Shown here piece by piece: positions 15,301 through 28,840 of a stretch of 64,000 bases of DNA. The stretch covers positions 11,830,275-11,894,274 of the forward strand of contig NC_134032.1 of assembly GCF_964204645.1 (NCBI RefSeq). Direction: 5' to 3'. Position numbers and translations under genes: made by a program. The notes under the pieces are model-generated. The model worked only from the letters and a program-made list of their open reading frames with translations. It was not told where the DNA came from and searched no databases. Within the stretch, counting starts at the first letter, position 1. Each line of letters starts with the position of its first letter. Origin of the DNA: Tubulanus polymorphus. Its lineage: Eukaryota > Animalia > Nemertea.

Positions 15301-15929
15301 TTTTCCTAGTCTTTTGACCTATTTTGCAGACCCTATTTGTTAAATCTTCAGTTTTGAGTGAGCTCATTGGTGAAAATCAAAATGCTCAATAAACTAGCAG
15401 TTCAGGTCAACAATTGAGTTAGCTCTAAACCAGTTTCAAATTTAAACCTGTAACTCCTGAATCAATTAAGATAAACCGATTCGATGATCAAATTAACAGT
15501 AAATAATTGAGTTAATCCTTTTTGTGAAAACGCAGGATTTAAGTTTATAGAATCACTACCTTAGGTTTACTGAATTGTTGAATAATTATTATAAATAATT
15601 CAAATATGAATCACTGTTTACGAAAAAATTTAGCAGACTTGGAGGTAATTTTTCAAAAATAAAAAATGTTATTACATATTTTCTGAATAATTCCAGGTAA
15701 AAACGATGGTTCTGTGAAGGGAGTTCGTTATTTCAAATGTCGATCGCGTCACGGAATTTTCGTACGTCACGACAAACTGATCATGGATAAAAAACGTCGC
15801 CGCTCAAAAGCCTCGCAACAATCGTCGTCGGGGTCAACGCTACGCCGTAGCAACCCGAATCTGAGCGGTTCGACCCAACGTTTAAACGATTCGGGGAGCA
15901 TCAAACGAAACGGCGGTAAAAAGAAGTAA
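309..15929 (+). CDS. KIF13B: Kinesin-3 KIF13A/B (Khc-73-like), 3' part; motor domain lies upstream of the window
   Basis: Phase-consistent GT-AG exons: 309-685, 1007-1133, 1561-1616, 1718-1842, 2456-2671, 4637-4690, 5007-5162, 5789-5866, 8027-8068, 8417-8546, 9629-9679, 11578-11696, 12478-13843, 15076-15291, 15697-15929 (TAA). Translation has KIF13 stalk motifs TGGVYQLRQGHSRR, DSYQEEDL, QWVCLTEERNAVLVPAAGSGIPGA, ASWDSSIHDS, GVTYEVVSNIPK, GETYIEKY and a C-terminal CAP-Gly domain (WVGLELD...GKNDGSVKGVRYF), the KIF13B/Khc-73 architecture. Confidence 0.95.
10420..10612 (+). repeat. Intronic minisatellite, ~38-bp unit, ~5 copies
   Basis: Repeated aaattaaacccacacaactgtggaactggattcagagtc-like unit. 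Confidence 0.7.
10855..11200 (+). repeat. Intronic tandem repeat, ~58-60-bp unit, ~6 copies, derived from a MITE end
   Basis: Unit like gggcccagttttatagactgggtatcaaagttatccctagggataaatctttaactt; its start matches the MITE terminus at 121 and a dispersed copy at ~60978-61030. Confidence 0.65.
11724..11912 (+). repeat. Polypyrimidine (CT/CCCT-rich) low-complexity tract
   Basis: Almost pure C/T run directly after exon 11578-11696; explains the spurious S/L/P-rich ORFs. Confidence 0.9.
13861..15020 (+). repeat. 77-bp tandem repeat, ~15 copies, filling a KIF13 intron
   Basis: Unit ctagagacacctggtggatcatcacttgctacagctggaatcctcaaatatcacagtagttgatgtcctattgcaca starts at 13923, 14000, 14077 etc.; central copies near-identical, flanking copies diverged. 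Confidence 0.95.
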
Positions 15930-16135
15930 ATGGAAAAAAAGTGTTTTTAAAATTCTTTCTTTAATCGGAGCGTAATGTAATAACGATTATGATAATACTC
16001 GGACTGGTTACCGCGCCGCGATGGGATTAGTGTAGATTCGGACATGTTGCCGCGTCGGGCAGGCGGAAGCGTACGCAACAGAGTGATAGGTTCAGAAACA
16101 GCAGGAATTATAGCGTTTAGCAAAAACAGTGTTAA

Positions 16136-16423
16136 CCCTTTCAGTGCTGGCTAATCAATACCCTATAGTGCTGGAGATAATTTGAAATATCTGAAAAATT
16201 CCACCCTAGCGTGTTGAATAATGGGAATACCACTATAGTGCGTCTACACCGTGGCGCGGTGTATCGTTAGTTACTAGTATTTCATTATGTTTGACAGGTG
16301 CTGCCATCTTTCAATAGAGATAAAAACTAATTACTAATTACACCAATACACCGCAATATGGTGTACTAGCAAAATCCATCACCGATTCATACACCGCACT
16401 GCGGTGTAGATGCACTGAAAGGG
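16136..16423. mobile_element. piggyBac-like MITE with TTAA target duplication
   Basis: TTAA(16132-16135)-CCCTTTCAGTGC...GCACTGAAAGGG-TTAA(16424-16427); a shorter diverged copy lies at ~19309-19508. Confidence 0.85.
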
Positions 16424-19400
16424 TTAATGTCGAATTTGAATGTAGTTTCAATCTGTAAATGGACTGAAACGAAACGAAGCGTAAAAGAGACCTTGGTTTT
16501 CTGTTTGCGGTCGTTATTTTTTTCGAAATTCGCAGGAAGGTAGCTTGCATTACCTCCTACTTTAGTGTCAGTGTTCTCATTGGAGGCTTTGTGCACAGGG
16601 TGTAACTCTGTCGCCCCCTTGTGGCCCGGAGCTGAAACAGTTGATCAGGGTTTCTTTTGACGCACTGAAATCTGCGATGAACAGATCGTCATTCGTAATA
16701 CCGTCATAACGAACCGAACGGACATAATCTCTGGCATCTGTCGACTTGTTCCTGTGTTGAGTAACTATAGCGACCGTTGTGATTTGCGGTCAACGTAGCA
16801 ACGATTGTGATAATCGATTAGTTTCGTGCGATGGATTGACGCGTGTAGTCCACTAAGTAACTGCCAGATTTTTATATTCGTAGCTCTATAGCCCGATAGA
16901 GATTTTACTTCCAGACCGAGAGACACATTCTCGCGTCAGTGAAATTGTTTGTCTTGTATTGGCTTGAAATTGATGTAGATGATTCAGCAGTATGATATAC
17001 ATAAAAATATAATGTGTAAATTATTTTAAATTGTGATATATTAAATTCATTCATTAATTAAGGGTACAAATTGTTTTTGCATTGTAAGATTTGTTTAGTA
17101 GCAGTTGCTGTGAACTCGATATTCATCAATGCCAAAGCCTGTAAATGTATTTCGTGCTCGAAGCAAATTATTGCCGAGTCAGAGCACAGTGCTCACTATG
17201 TTCAGTGAAGAGGTCAGTGCCCAGCACTGAGCTCAGTCCGGAGGACATTGCCCTGCGCATATTGCGTAGAGTAAGTAACTAGGAAAAGGGTTTCAAGATA
17301 ATTCTAAGCTTATTTCTTATTGAAGCTGAAACCCTTTGAATCTTGAAGATGATTTTCTATAAAGCGTTTTCGTAACTGAGCAACGTGCTGAGCCAAACCT
17401 GACTGACCGTATTCGTCTGAACGCTCTGTCATATTCAAAAAAGGTATCAATTTTCTAATCCAGGGCTCCAGTTTTTGTAGACGTGGTAAAGAATTCAAAA
17501 CTTCCGTTTGAAGGTTCCTTGCCAACAGCTCAGAGCATTATATGAAAACCGGGTTGATTGAATTCTATACCCAGTCTATACGACTGTCCCTGGGCCTTGT
17601 CTGAGTGTAAATATTGTGAAATTATGTAAATATTTGCTTGGAAAAATTAATTTATTTGTATGAAAAAAAAGTATTGATGTTATATATATATAAATATATA
17701 TATAGATACCGGTATATGTTTTAACCTATCATATCTTATGAATTAAATTTGACTCTGGAGTCGAACTGGTTCATTTTTCAAAAGATTATTTTTAAACGAA
17801 GAAAATCAAATTTTAACCGTTTGTGTCGAGCAACCGGCTCGTGAATTTTAAGGGGTGAAAACGGTTTCGTCATTGTAATACTGGTAACCCCGGTTCAACC
17901 ACGCGGTGAAACTGGTTCATTTCCGACTTGAAATGTCTACTGTCAACTCGATTTAGGCTCATGAATCGCAAGACTGAAATCATAGTTTAAAGCAAACATC
18001 TAAAATACGAAAGTTAATCATTGGTCTAAGATCGATTTATTCTGAGATAGAATAATTCTGAGAATTCTAAGTCTCCAGCGGATAAAGCTTAGCTTACGCT
18101 TCAAGCGATTTCCCATGGCCCATTTTTGGTGTGCTTTTCAGCAGTGTTTCTCTTCGAAAAAGCTGCTTTCGAGATGTTTTTATCTGTAGAAATTATTGGG
18201 TCATCAGAACACCGGAGAAGCCGCAACTGAAATGCAAAACAGCCGAGGAGACACGGTTGAGCCCATGGCTATATTTTAATAGCTAAGGTCAGTCCTATAC
18301 TTTAGAATAATTCATAGATATTTATGCAGGCTCCTGGACCTTTGTTTCTAAATCTAAAATATTTTGAATCTTAAGCTTGAAAATGGTAATGTTTTACGAC
18401 AAATGGATATTCACTCAGTCTACTGGAGTCTGGACATTAACTTTCGAAAGTTGAGGGGAATCCGTGCAAAATATGCTTAGATTTAGAGAAATATTTTATA
18501 GTAATATACATATACAACTATATATATATATATGTATATATAATACATTGTATAATTAAATAAATGTTGTACATTGGACAAATCTAGGCTTTTAATGAAA
18601 TTATCTTCGGTAATCGGACAAATCATAGTGAATTATTCAAGTATTATGGGGCGCCTTTCATTAAACTTTTCGCAGCAACTCGGGCTGGTTTTATAGACCA
18701 GTTATAACTTAATTCCTAGAACACAGGCTTAGATTTAAGAACATTCACTGCCTTATTTTTATGCTGTAACTAATCAAACGACTTGAGGCCAGTCTAGGAT
18801 TTGAAAGTTTGGATTTGGTTGATTGGATAACCCTTTTCAATAACCTTATCTAGAATAAACCTTTTAACTTTAAGTTTAAACTGTTCTATAAAACTGGGGA
18901 AGCTCAGTTTTAGATGAATTTGCCATTTGTGGAGAGTACAAAAGTGAAAATCATCAATTTGTTCAAGTTGAATAAAACGAAATATAATCAAATTAACATT
19001 TTGAATTTTTATTGAATATGTATATAGTGTTATTAGTATTGAATAGCAGTGCCGGTATTTGTGATGCTAATTTACTAATTTCAGTAATTAAATTAATTAT
19101 AAATGATTAGTAATTAATATATATATATACACTCAATTAATTGAAGATTTCAATTTTTAATATAATTTTATTTATTTATTCATCAAGCAAAAGTGGAACG
19201 TACTTTGTTGAACAATTATGGACATGCCGGGGGGGGGGGGGGATAAAGTTTCACGAAGAGGTTCGACTCCTTGATCGATCCAGACAGCTATGTAGGATAT
19301 TAGATCAATTAAACCTTTCAGTGTGTGTCTACACTGCGGTGCAGTGTATCGATAGTTACTAATATTTCACTTACCTTTGACGGGTGGTGCCATCTTTCAG

Positions 19401-21531
19401 TAGAGACAAAAACTAATTACATCAGTACATTGCGATCTGGTGTCTGCTAGCAAATTCTATTACCGACTTATACACTGCAGTGCGGTGTAGACACACTGTA
19501 TGGGTTGAGATAAATCGTTTCGTGAAATTGAATCCACTGTGCTCTAAATCGAATTGATGTTTCTGGTCTTTATTTTTTGTTTATCGTTGATGTTTGTGGC
19601 TTATATTTAGTTTCTCGATATGAATACATATTATATATGTACCTCGGAAAAACAAATACCCGAAAATATAATATAATTATTACGATTAATATGATTACTG
19701 ATATTGAATATAATCTTTCCGTGTATAAAAAAGGCTTTTTGTAGATAATTAAGTGGACAGTGAATTGATTGATAAAGAGTTTGACCGATTTTGGAGCGTG
19801 TGGTTTTGAAGGGTGATTTAAGCACTTGTTTCGAAAGGCCTGTGTAGAGAATAGAGGAATTATCAATTTCAGGCAAATTCTAAATGAATTCTATGAATTG
19901 GCCAACTGATCGAAGCATTTCAAACCAGGGCTGGATTTCGCAATGAATTAAGTTCATTAACTTCTGAATCACTGAATAAATTTGTAAATTGAAAACAGTT
20001 CAACATTTTGAGGAATCGGCCCAGAACATTCCAGATTCGTTGTGTCTCAGTCTCGAGTGTTTGAATGAGTAGGGGTGGAACCAAAGAGAAATCATTATTC
20101 AAATTGAATGTATGTAAATGTCACTGAACCCTTGTAAAATACGAAAATGTATTCCATCATGATAAACAATTCAACAATAAAAAAACTTGTTTTGTCAAAA
20201 CATTGCTTCTTTCCTCATCTTTTTCTTCTTCCCTCTTTGTTTGTCTATTCAGAAATCTGTGGGCCCTAAACCTGATGATTTATTTCACCAAGAACCTTAG
20301 TGTCTGATGTACCACAGGTGGTTACACAAGATCGTAGAGCAACGTAGATACACTGTGGAGACAGCCACACTGCCAGCGCTGGGTGAAATGATTTATATGA
20401 AGTATGTGTTAATTAAGATATATTATAATTGTTTCATAGAGCTCTGAGTTCTATGATTATATGAAATAAAAACAGCTACACAGTTTTCACTCCTACCAAA
20501 TTGAGCAGTAGACACACTCGCCATCTATTAGAATTTTACGGAACTAACTGTTTTTCCGATAAATCTTAAAGTCATTCACACAAGTGCAGCCGTATGCACA
20601 TCCGCCATCTACGAGATGGAACAAACACTACTCGATTCTAGATCTTCGGAAATGAAAATGTTTAGTTTAGTATTTCAAATAAATCTATGCATACACGTTC
20701 AAATTACATCTTAATATGTTGGTTAGGCAACGTAATTATGTGTCTAACGTTTCTGAGCGACTGTTTAATTCCAAAATCACAGAAGTTCCATTGAAATGTT
20801 ATCAGAAAATGGGACAGTCGTTTCTTATTAAGTTCAGAAACGTTGAACTAATAATTACGTTGCCTAATTAATTGATTTACGAATGGTTTGAAAGTGTTTT
20901 GAATATATAGACGTGTCTAAAACACTGTATATTTTCATTTCGGGAGATTTTTGTAATTGTATCTGTCCTCTAAAGGGTATTTCGATGCTTCACCCCCTCT
21001 CTTGGATTTTCGCTGAACTAAACTCACAATAGACGCTTTGTGTAGATTCGACATATAGTTTCAATACATGTATAAATGGCCGGTTCAAATGATTAATTCA
21101 ATGTCTGTTCATTACCACTACGACTCAGAATCAGTATCTAGAATCAGGCAAGAACAATATTTCAATATAAGGTACCGGTTTGAATAAAACGATTTTACCA
21201 TACGGTATTTTGGGTTTGTATTCTAAACAGGTTTTAAGGTTTTTTGCAAATGTTTGATCTACACAGCCTAGGGAAGAATGAACTGAACCTCCCAGCATGA
21301 GTGTAGTTGCCGTAGAAACTGATCATAAGAGGGTAAACAGGGGTGTCCCAGATTCGAATCCAGTCTAAGGTGTTGAGCCACTAATTTAACTGCTCGTGAA
21401 ACAGTGGTGAATCCTGTTTGCAGCAGCAGTGTCCCATGTTCATAACCGGTCTATTTTCTAATGATGCTGAGTGGCATGAGGTGATTTCATTAATGGTATC
21501 GGTTCAAAGTACCCTGTTGTCCACATGTGGA

Positions 21532-21681
21532 ATAACATTAGTTCACAGAAATCACGCTAGGGGACCGTATGGTGCTGCCACAATCATGCCAGTGTTGTTT
21601 CTAAGAACTAATGAATTTTCGCGCGTTTTAGGTGGCAGCACTATACGGTACCCTAGCGTGATTTCTGTGAACTAATGTTAT
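21532..21681. mobile_element. ~140-150-bp MITE with ~45-bp inverted termini; second copy at ~21833-21971
   Basis: ttagttcacagaaatcacgctaggggaccgtatggtgctgccac ... gtggcagcactatacggtaccctagcgtgatttctgtgaactaa, present twice. Confidence 0.8.
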
Positions 21682-22319
21682 ACCGCGGGCTGGAAGTGCC
21701 GGATGGCGTAAGATGAACAGCAATCTAATGAAAACCTGCCCTGTTGAAGTCACTGTCAATCATTTGATGATGACCACTGGAATTCGATCCAGTTGATGGT
21801 CGATCGTGTGCGTAATTGCCCACGTTATTATATTAGTTCATAGAAATAACGCTAGGGGACCGTTTGGTGCTGCCACCAGCATGCCAGTGTTGTTTCTAAG
21901 AACTAATGAATTTCCGCGCGCTCTAGGTGGCAGCACTATACGGTACCCTAGCGTGATTTTAGTAAACTAATTTTACATTGCGGGCTAGATAGTTTAAAAT
22001 GAATGACGATTTAACAGCGTCGTACACTATAAATGAAAACATCATTTTTCTGAAATTGAAATTACTGTCTTTGGTCGAATTTAGTCATGAACATATTTAG
22101 GATACCACTATCTGTCTGAACGGCATTATCTTTCTGAACGGCATCATGGTCAAGAGACCAGTTTTTAAAACCACTCTGAACAAATCCCGGGCCAGTTTCG
22201 AACCCGGGCAGCCTGCATATCTTCTATTTTGCCACGGGACCACTGAGAATCACTACTGAATTTCGGTTACGGACTGCCCAGTGACAGTTAAATTTTTGCC
22301 TTGTCTAATTTTATTTCAT

Positions 22320-25300
22320 TTAATTAGAAACGACTGTCCAATCTCAGAATCGGTAAATTTACGTGATCAGAAAATGTCCAGTCGTTTCTAATCAAGTTCA
22401 GAAACGTTAGATGTACAACTACGTTGCCTAATTAATTAATTTACGAGTAATTTGAATATGTTTCGAATTCAAAGTTGAATTTGAAATACTCTATATTTTC
22501 ATATCGGGAGGATTTTGTCATATTCTCTGGGGTCTGAATGAAGTTTTAATGCTTTACGCCCTCTGTTGGATTTTCTCTGAACTAAAATCATAATTGATCC
22601 TTTGTATAGAATTCATACTATTTTCATATAGTAATATGAAGGTGATCTGAGAATGCTACTGTGTGTGCTACTGTAGTCGAGGGACTCTTTCTCTGGCAGT
22701 CGATGGTTCGAGGGTTCGATAAAGGTATGCCAATGTATATGAAATATTCTTCAATGATATCAATATCAAGGAAGCAATTTATTTTATTCACTGAAACAAT
22801 AAGTTTAAGAAATTTGTAATTTGTTCGTTTTTTGCCTGTAAATAATTAGAAGCGTCCTAGATTCGAACCCAAAAGGTATGACTATGTATATTCAATGGTT
22901 TGATATCTAAAGCAATTAATTTTATACGTTAAAACAATGGTTTTTGTAATATTTCATATATAAACAAACAATGAGTCAAAAAAATTGTAATTGGTTCGTT
23001 TTTTGTCTGTAAATAAGGGTGACAAAGGGTTCAAACGCTGAAGTTTCAAACGCATTAATTTTCTTACTGACCGATATGATACGTAGAAGATAAACCGAGT
23101 CCTAAGTTCGACCCGATTTATTTGACTGATTTCTAGTTTTCCAGATGATGGATAGAGAATAAACAGAGATGTTTGGTCCAGTGATGCTGATTCTGATTTC
23201 TGCTAATGTTGAACAGACGTTGAATTGATATTTTATACATGCATTGAAAATGTATATCGAATCTGCACAAAGGATCTATTGTGAGTTTAGTTCAGTAAAA
23301 ATCCAACAGAGGGGTACAACATCAAAATGCTCTAAGGACCCAACAGAACATCAGAAATACCTCCCGAAATAAAAATATACAGTATTTTGAATCCATCTAT
23401 GAATTCAAAACATTTTCAAATTAATCGTAAATTGATTAATTCGGCAACGTAATTATTTACGTAACGTATTTGAACTTATTTAGAAACGACCGCTATATTC
23501 TCTGATATCAGTTTGACGGATTTCTGGTGTGGAAATCTCTGTGATTCAGTCGTTTCTAAATAAATTCAAAAACGTTACTAAAATAGTTACGTTGCCAAAT
23601 TAATTAATTCATGAGTAATTTGAACATGTTTTGAATTCATAGATGCACTTAAAACAATGTATATTATGATTTCGGAAGGTTTTTATGATATTATTTGGGA
23701 TCCAAAGGATATTTCGATGCTCTACGCCCTCTGTCGGATTTTCACTGAACTAAAATCACAATAGATCCTTTGTAAAGAATTCCTACATATGTCATATATT
23801 GATATGTAGGTGAGCTGAGAATGCTACTGTGGCAGTCGAAGGATTCTTTCTCTGGCAGTCGAGGTTTCGATGGTTCGATAAAGGTATGCCAATGTATATG
23901 AAGTATTCTTCAATGAAATATCTAGAAAGCAATTAAATTCATCCATTAAAACAATGGTTTTTGTAGTATTTCACAAATAAACAAGAAATTAGTAAAAAAA
24001 ATGTGTCATTTGTTCGTTTTTTTGCCTGTAAATGATTAGAAGTGTCCTAGATTCGAACCCAACCTGGCACCTACTTATTCTCTAATCAGCATTAGGACTC
24101 TTAGGACTACATGGGATCAGTAACAAAGATTCAAACGCTGAAGTTTCAAACGCACTAATTTTCTTACTGACCGATATGATACGTAGAAGATAAACCGAGT
24201 CCTAAATTCGACCCGATTTATTTGACTGATTTCCAGTTTTCCACTATTTCCGACTATTAGAGAATAAAGAGATATGTTTATTCCAGTGATACTGATTCTG
24301 AGTTCGGCTGATCCTGAACAGACGTTGAATTAATATTTCATACAACTATTGAAAATCTATATCGAATCTACACAAAGAATCTATTGTGAGTTTAGTTCAG
24401 TGAAAATCCAACAGAGGGGGTACAGCATCGAAATACTCTAAGGACCCCAAAGAACCTCAGAAGTCCCTCCCGAAATGAAAATATACAGTATTTTGAATCC
24501 ATCTATGAATTGAGAATATATTCAAATTACTCGTGAATTAATTAATTAGGCAACGTAATTATTTGTCTAACGTATTTGAACTTAATTAGAAACGACTGTT
24601 ATATTCTCTGATTACCAGTTTGACGGATTTTTGGCGTGGAATTTCTATGGTTCAGTCGTTTCTAAATAAGTTCAAATAAGTTACGAAAATAATTACGTTG
24701 TCAAATTGATTAATTTACGAGTAATTTGAATATGTTTTGAATTCACAGTTGAATTTGAAATATCATATATTATGATTTCGGGTGGTTTTTGTGATATTTT
24801 TGGGGATCTAAAGGATATTTCGATGCTCTACCCCTTCTGTCGGACTGAACTAAAATCACAATAGATCTTTTATAAAGAATTCATACATATTTTCATATAT
24901 TGATATGTAGGTGAGCTGAGAATGCTACTGTGGCAGTCGAAGGATTCTTCGATAATTAAAGGTATGCTGATGTATTTGAAATATTTTTCAATGAAATATC
25001 TAGAAAGCAATTTTATTCACAATGGATTTGTAATATTTCATCAATAAACAAACAATAAGTCAAAACAAATTCGTAATTGGTTCGTTTTACGCCTGTTAAT
25101 AATCAGAGGTGTCCTAGATTCGAACCTTACCTGGGGCACCCCTACTTATTTTATAATCAGCATTAGGATTCTTTTGATCAGTTACAAAGGGTCGCTGAAG
25201 GTTCAAACGAACTGATTCTATGATATGATACATAGAAGATAAACCGAGTCCTAATTTCGGCCCGACTTATGTGACTGATTTCCAGTTACTCAGATGATGA

Positions 25301-25980
25301 ATAGAGAATAAATAGAGTATGTTGGGTCCAGCGATTCTGAGTTCGGCTGATGCTGAACAGACGTTGAATTTATATTTCATAGATGCATTGAAAATCTATA
25401 TCGAATCTGCACAAAGGATCTATTGTGAGTTTAGTTCAGTGAAAATCCAACAGAGGGGGTACAGCATCGAAATACTCTAAGGACCCAAAAGAACATCAGA
25501 AATACCTCCCGAAATAAAAATATACAGTACTTTGAATCCATCTATGTATTGAAAACATGTTCAAAAAACTCGTAAATTAATTGATTAGGCAACGTAATTA
25601 TTTTGGTAACGTATTTGAACTTATTTAGAAACGACCGCTGTTATTCTCTGATATCAGTTTGACGGATTTCTACGTGGAATTTCTATGATTCAGTCGTTTC
25701 TAAATAAGTTCAAAAACGTTGATAAAATGATTACGTTGTCAAATTAACTAAATTACGAGTAATTTGAATATGATTTGAATTCAAATATGCATTCAAAACA
25801 CTATATATTATGATTTCGGGAGGTTTTTGTGATATTATTTGGGATCGAAAGGATGTTTCGATGCTCTATGCCCTCTGTCGGAATTTCACTGAACTAATAT
25901 CACAATAGATCCTTTGTAAAGAATTCATTCTATTTTCATATAGTAATATGAATGTACACTGAGAATGCTACTGTCGCAGT
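22320..25980. repeat. Tandem array of a ~1.05-1.1-kb unit, each carrying a ~520-bp foldback element (~230-bp inverted arms, ~60-bp spacer)
   Basis: Marker tagaagataaaccgagtccta at ~23084, ~24184, ~25233. Full foldbacks at ~23260-23780, ~24365-24880, ~25405-25925; partial copies at ~20690-21050, ~22325-22610, ~30690-31000, ~37160-37470. Confidence 0.85.
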
Positions 25981-26278
25981 AGTGAAATCTATATTCTATG
26001 AACAACTGAATTGAAAAAGTACGACAGTGAAATTGCTGAAGTCCTGGATCACTATCGTCGCCTGGCGTCCGTGTTTTGCGAAATGAGGAGGTAACGAGGA
26101 TACAAAAAGACTTTGTTGCCGCAGGTCCTATTTCCAGGATTGTTTAAGGGCAGTTCTTATACTTATTTGGAATTAATTGCCATATTTCCTTAACAAAAAA
26201 GCATGAAAGTGAATATAGATTCGAAAGTTGTAATTGAAAGTGAGTCATCCTTGAATCCAAGTCAAAATTGGTTATTGA

Positions 26279-27229
26279 CTATTTGACCGAATTCCTACAG
26301 CAGATTTTCATGCAGAAATATTTACGAATTTCTCGTCCCAGTAAGAGATATATGTAGAAATTAGTGACATAGTTACACACTTGAAACTGAATAAATATGT
26401 CGAATAGATAATTTCTCTGTTCTATTGAGACTGGTAAGTAAGGTGTAATCGCAGGTGGAAGCGTGAAAATTGCAAATGCGAGTGAAACTGTTACGAGCAT
26501 TATTGTTGAACGTTTTGATCTTGTAGTTTTCTGATCAGACGAAACCATTTTTGAAGCTCTGAATAACTGAACTATGATAACAGAATTTGATGTTACGATT
26601 AGAATTAATGGTAGAACATAAGAGTAGATGACAAATATGGTGAAATATGATATTTGGTCAAGTAATTCGTAGTAACATCCGAATAACTGGTCGGGAAAAT
26701 AGATCGACAAAGCAGGTGTGAGATATAGAAACATTATATTCACTGCGATGATTATGAATATAGTAAATCTAGCGAATCTCGGTGTACATATCAAACGAGA
26801 TGTGAACGGAAAGAGCACAACTGCCACACGTTCTAGAGATATAGCAACAATAAACCATGAACTATCGATGATCGCAAGCCCCATTGTAAAGTCATAGATT
26901 TGACAACCGATCTGTGAATTCATCATGGATATAGGACCGCCGTCTAGATGCGAGAGAACAAACTGTAAAACGGGCATCAGCGTACAATTGATGCAGAACA
27001 TAGAATCACTGAGAGATAAAATGATAAGATAGTTCGCGTAAGATAAACTGCGAAATCTACGACTTATCATTGTCAGGAAAGTAGCTGAATTCCCGAAGGC
27101 TCCTAACAGGAACAACGTAGGCAGTATGACCAGTGATACAGTGCGGTAGATTCCGGATCTGTTAACCACAGACATGAGAATGATGTAACTGTTGTACGTT
27201 CCACCAATCAGCATCTCGGTAGAATTCAT
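26279..27229 (-). CDS. Single-exon class A (rhodopsin-like) GPCR, 316 aa, peptide-receptor-like/orphan
   Basis: Seven hydrophobic segments; TM1 GN, TM2 LSLSD, Cys before TM3, SLERV (DRY variant), TM5 LP, TM6 FAIFTLP, TM7 NFYIY, helix 8 GREIR; N-terminal NST sequon. Confidence 0.9.
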   Translation of the reverse strand: MNSTEMLIGGTYNSYIILMSVVNRSGIYRTVSLVILPTLFLLGAFGNSATFLTMISRRFRSLSYANYLIILSLSDSMFCINCTLMPVLQFVLSHLDGGPISMMNSQIGCQIYDFTMGLAIIDSSWFIVAISLERVAVVLFPFTSRLICTPRFARFTIFIIIAVNIMFLYLTPALSIYFPDQLFGCYYELLDQISYFTIFVIYSYVLPLILIVTSNSVIIVQLFRASKMVSSDQKTTRSKRSTIMLVTVSLAFAIFTLPPAITPYLPVSIEQRNYLFDIFIQFQVCNYVTNFYIYLLLGREIRKYFCMKICCRNSVK

Positions 27230-28765
27230 GATATATACGATGATAAGGTGAATGACTGTTGATAGATTGCTTCAATAGACCAACACGAATTAAAGTCGTG
27301 TCTTAGCTCGCAATTTATTATTGTTCGCATTTAATGAAAAATCAATTCTCAGAAAGCTTACATAATGCATTCACATTTTGTGCTATTTTATTAGTTAATG
27401 ATTGTGTACAATATCGATTATACATAATTTAATCAAAAGTAGATTGTCGTTCAAGAATTCATTCTAAATAGTAGAATGTATTATAGTAAAATACAGGAAA
27501 ATCTCAGGAAAATATAGCATAAGTTCATCATTCAACGAAAAAATGCGACGGTCTGTAGAATTTCTCAATACAAGTATTCACATGTTAACACAAAAACCTA
27601 CATTGCGATTATAACCAATATCTAAACACCAGGGGCCAGTTTTATAGACTGGCATTACCTTTAACCCAGGGGGGTTAGTTTAACTCAACTGATAATGAAT
27701 TGAGTTGGCCCCCGGGTTAAAGATAATACATGTCTATAAAACCAGGCCTGCTTATCCATCGTTAAATTGTTTCGATACATTGATTAAATGATTATGGTAT
27801 TTTACTCAGAAATGTATGCACAACCTGCCACAGTGACAGTTGAATAATCAGACTTAGGTACCGCACGAAATGCCTTCACTGCCTTATAAATGATAATTAT
27901 GCCAATTCAGCAAAGAAAATGTTACATCATTTTATTTGAAAATGTAAACTTCTAAATGAGAATGATGATAAATTTTGTCATTTAGAACAACTGCTACCGT
28001 CTGGCATACAGCTTATTCCGAACTTAGAGAGCGGCGGGAGATTAGTGCCACAAACTCATTATTCATAATTAATACGTCTAGGTTATCTGTAGATAGATGA
28101 CAATGACACGTACAGTTAAACTGAACTGACGTAAAACACCAGATCAGACAAATGCGTGTACATGTATGTATATGTTAGAATTTCAAATTCAATTTATTTC
28201 AATTTATTTCACAGAAAAGCAGAACATTAAGATTACAAGAAAGTTAAACAATTCAAAAAGATAGGGAAAAAATATAAAATATAAACTTACAAGTATCGTA
28301 TAGCGTGCTTTACCATGTGGGCATCGCAAAGCCTTGTAGGCCGCTAGCGCAGGCACCCGATGAAAGAGAGTGAAAAAAAGAAAGAAGGAGAAGACAGAGA
28401 GAAAGATGAGAAACAGATGAGGAGCTCGTACTAGAGAAATGACAAGAAAAGTAGATCGGTGTAGGAAATACAGTAATAATAATGTTGTATTGGCAAATTT
28501 GGAACAATTGTGACAATTTGAGTTTCCGCAGATTACATTTGTATTGTATTTCAAGGTGAGATAGGAGTTTAGATGGTTTTAAGCGAAGACGATAAACAGG
28601 TTAATGACTAAAACAGTAAGTTATTAAAATTTGAATTCTATATGTTCCTCCACATGTGTATAAATATGCGGCTGGATTATACTCATGTCTGACGCAACGT
28701 GGATGATAAATTATTACGAAAATCTTCAAAGCTGCTTATGTGCAAATTATCAGTTCATCACAATG

Positions 28766-28840
28766 TATATATAACGATGGATTTTTGCCTTTGAGTCAAT
28801 TGTTGTAAATCTCTTTAACAACGCGCGCACAAAATCTGAG
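28766..28840 (+). promoter_or_regulatory. Putative TATA box, initiator and non-coding exon 1 of peptide gene copy 1; equivalents at 33283-33357 and 39549-39614
   Basis: TATATATAA (28766-28774) with TCA ~30 nt downstream (A28798), strong donor GAG|GTAAGT at 28840/28841, acceptor TTTCAG ending 29308 just before the ATG; all conserved in the three copies. Confidence 0.55.
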
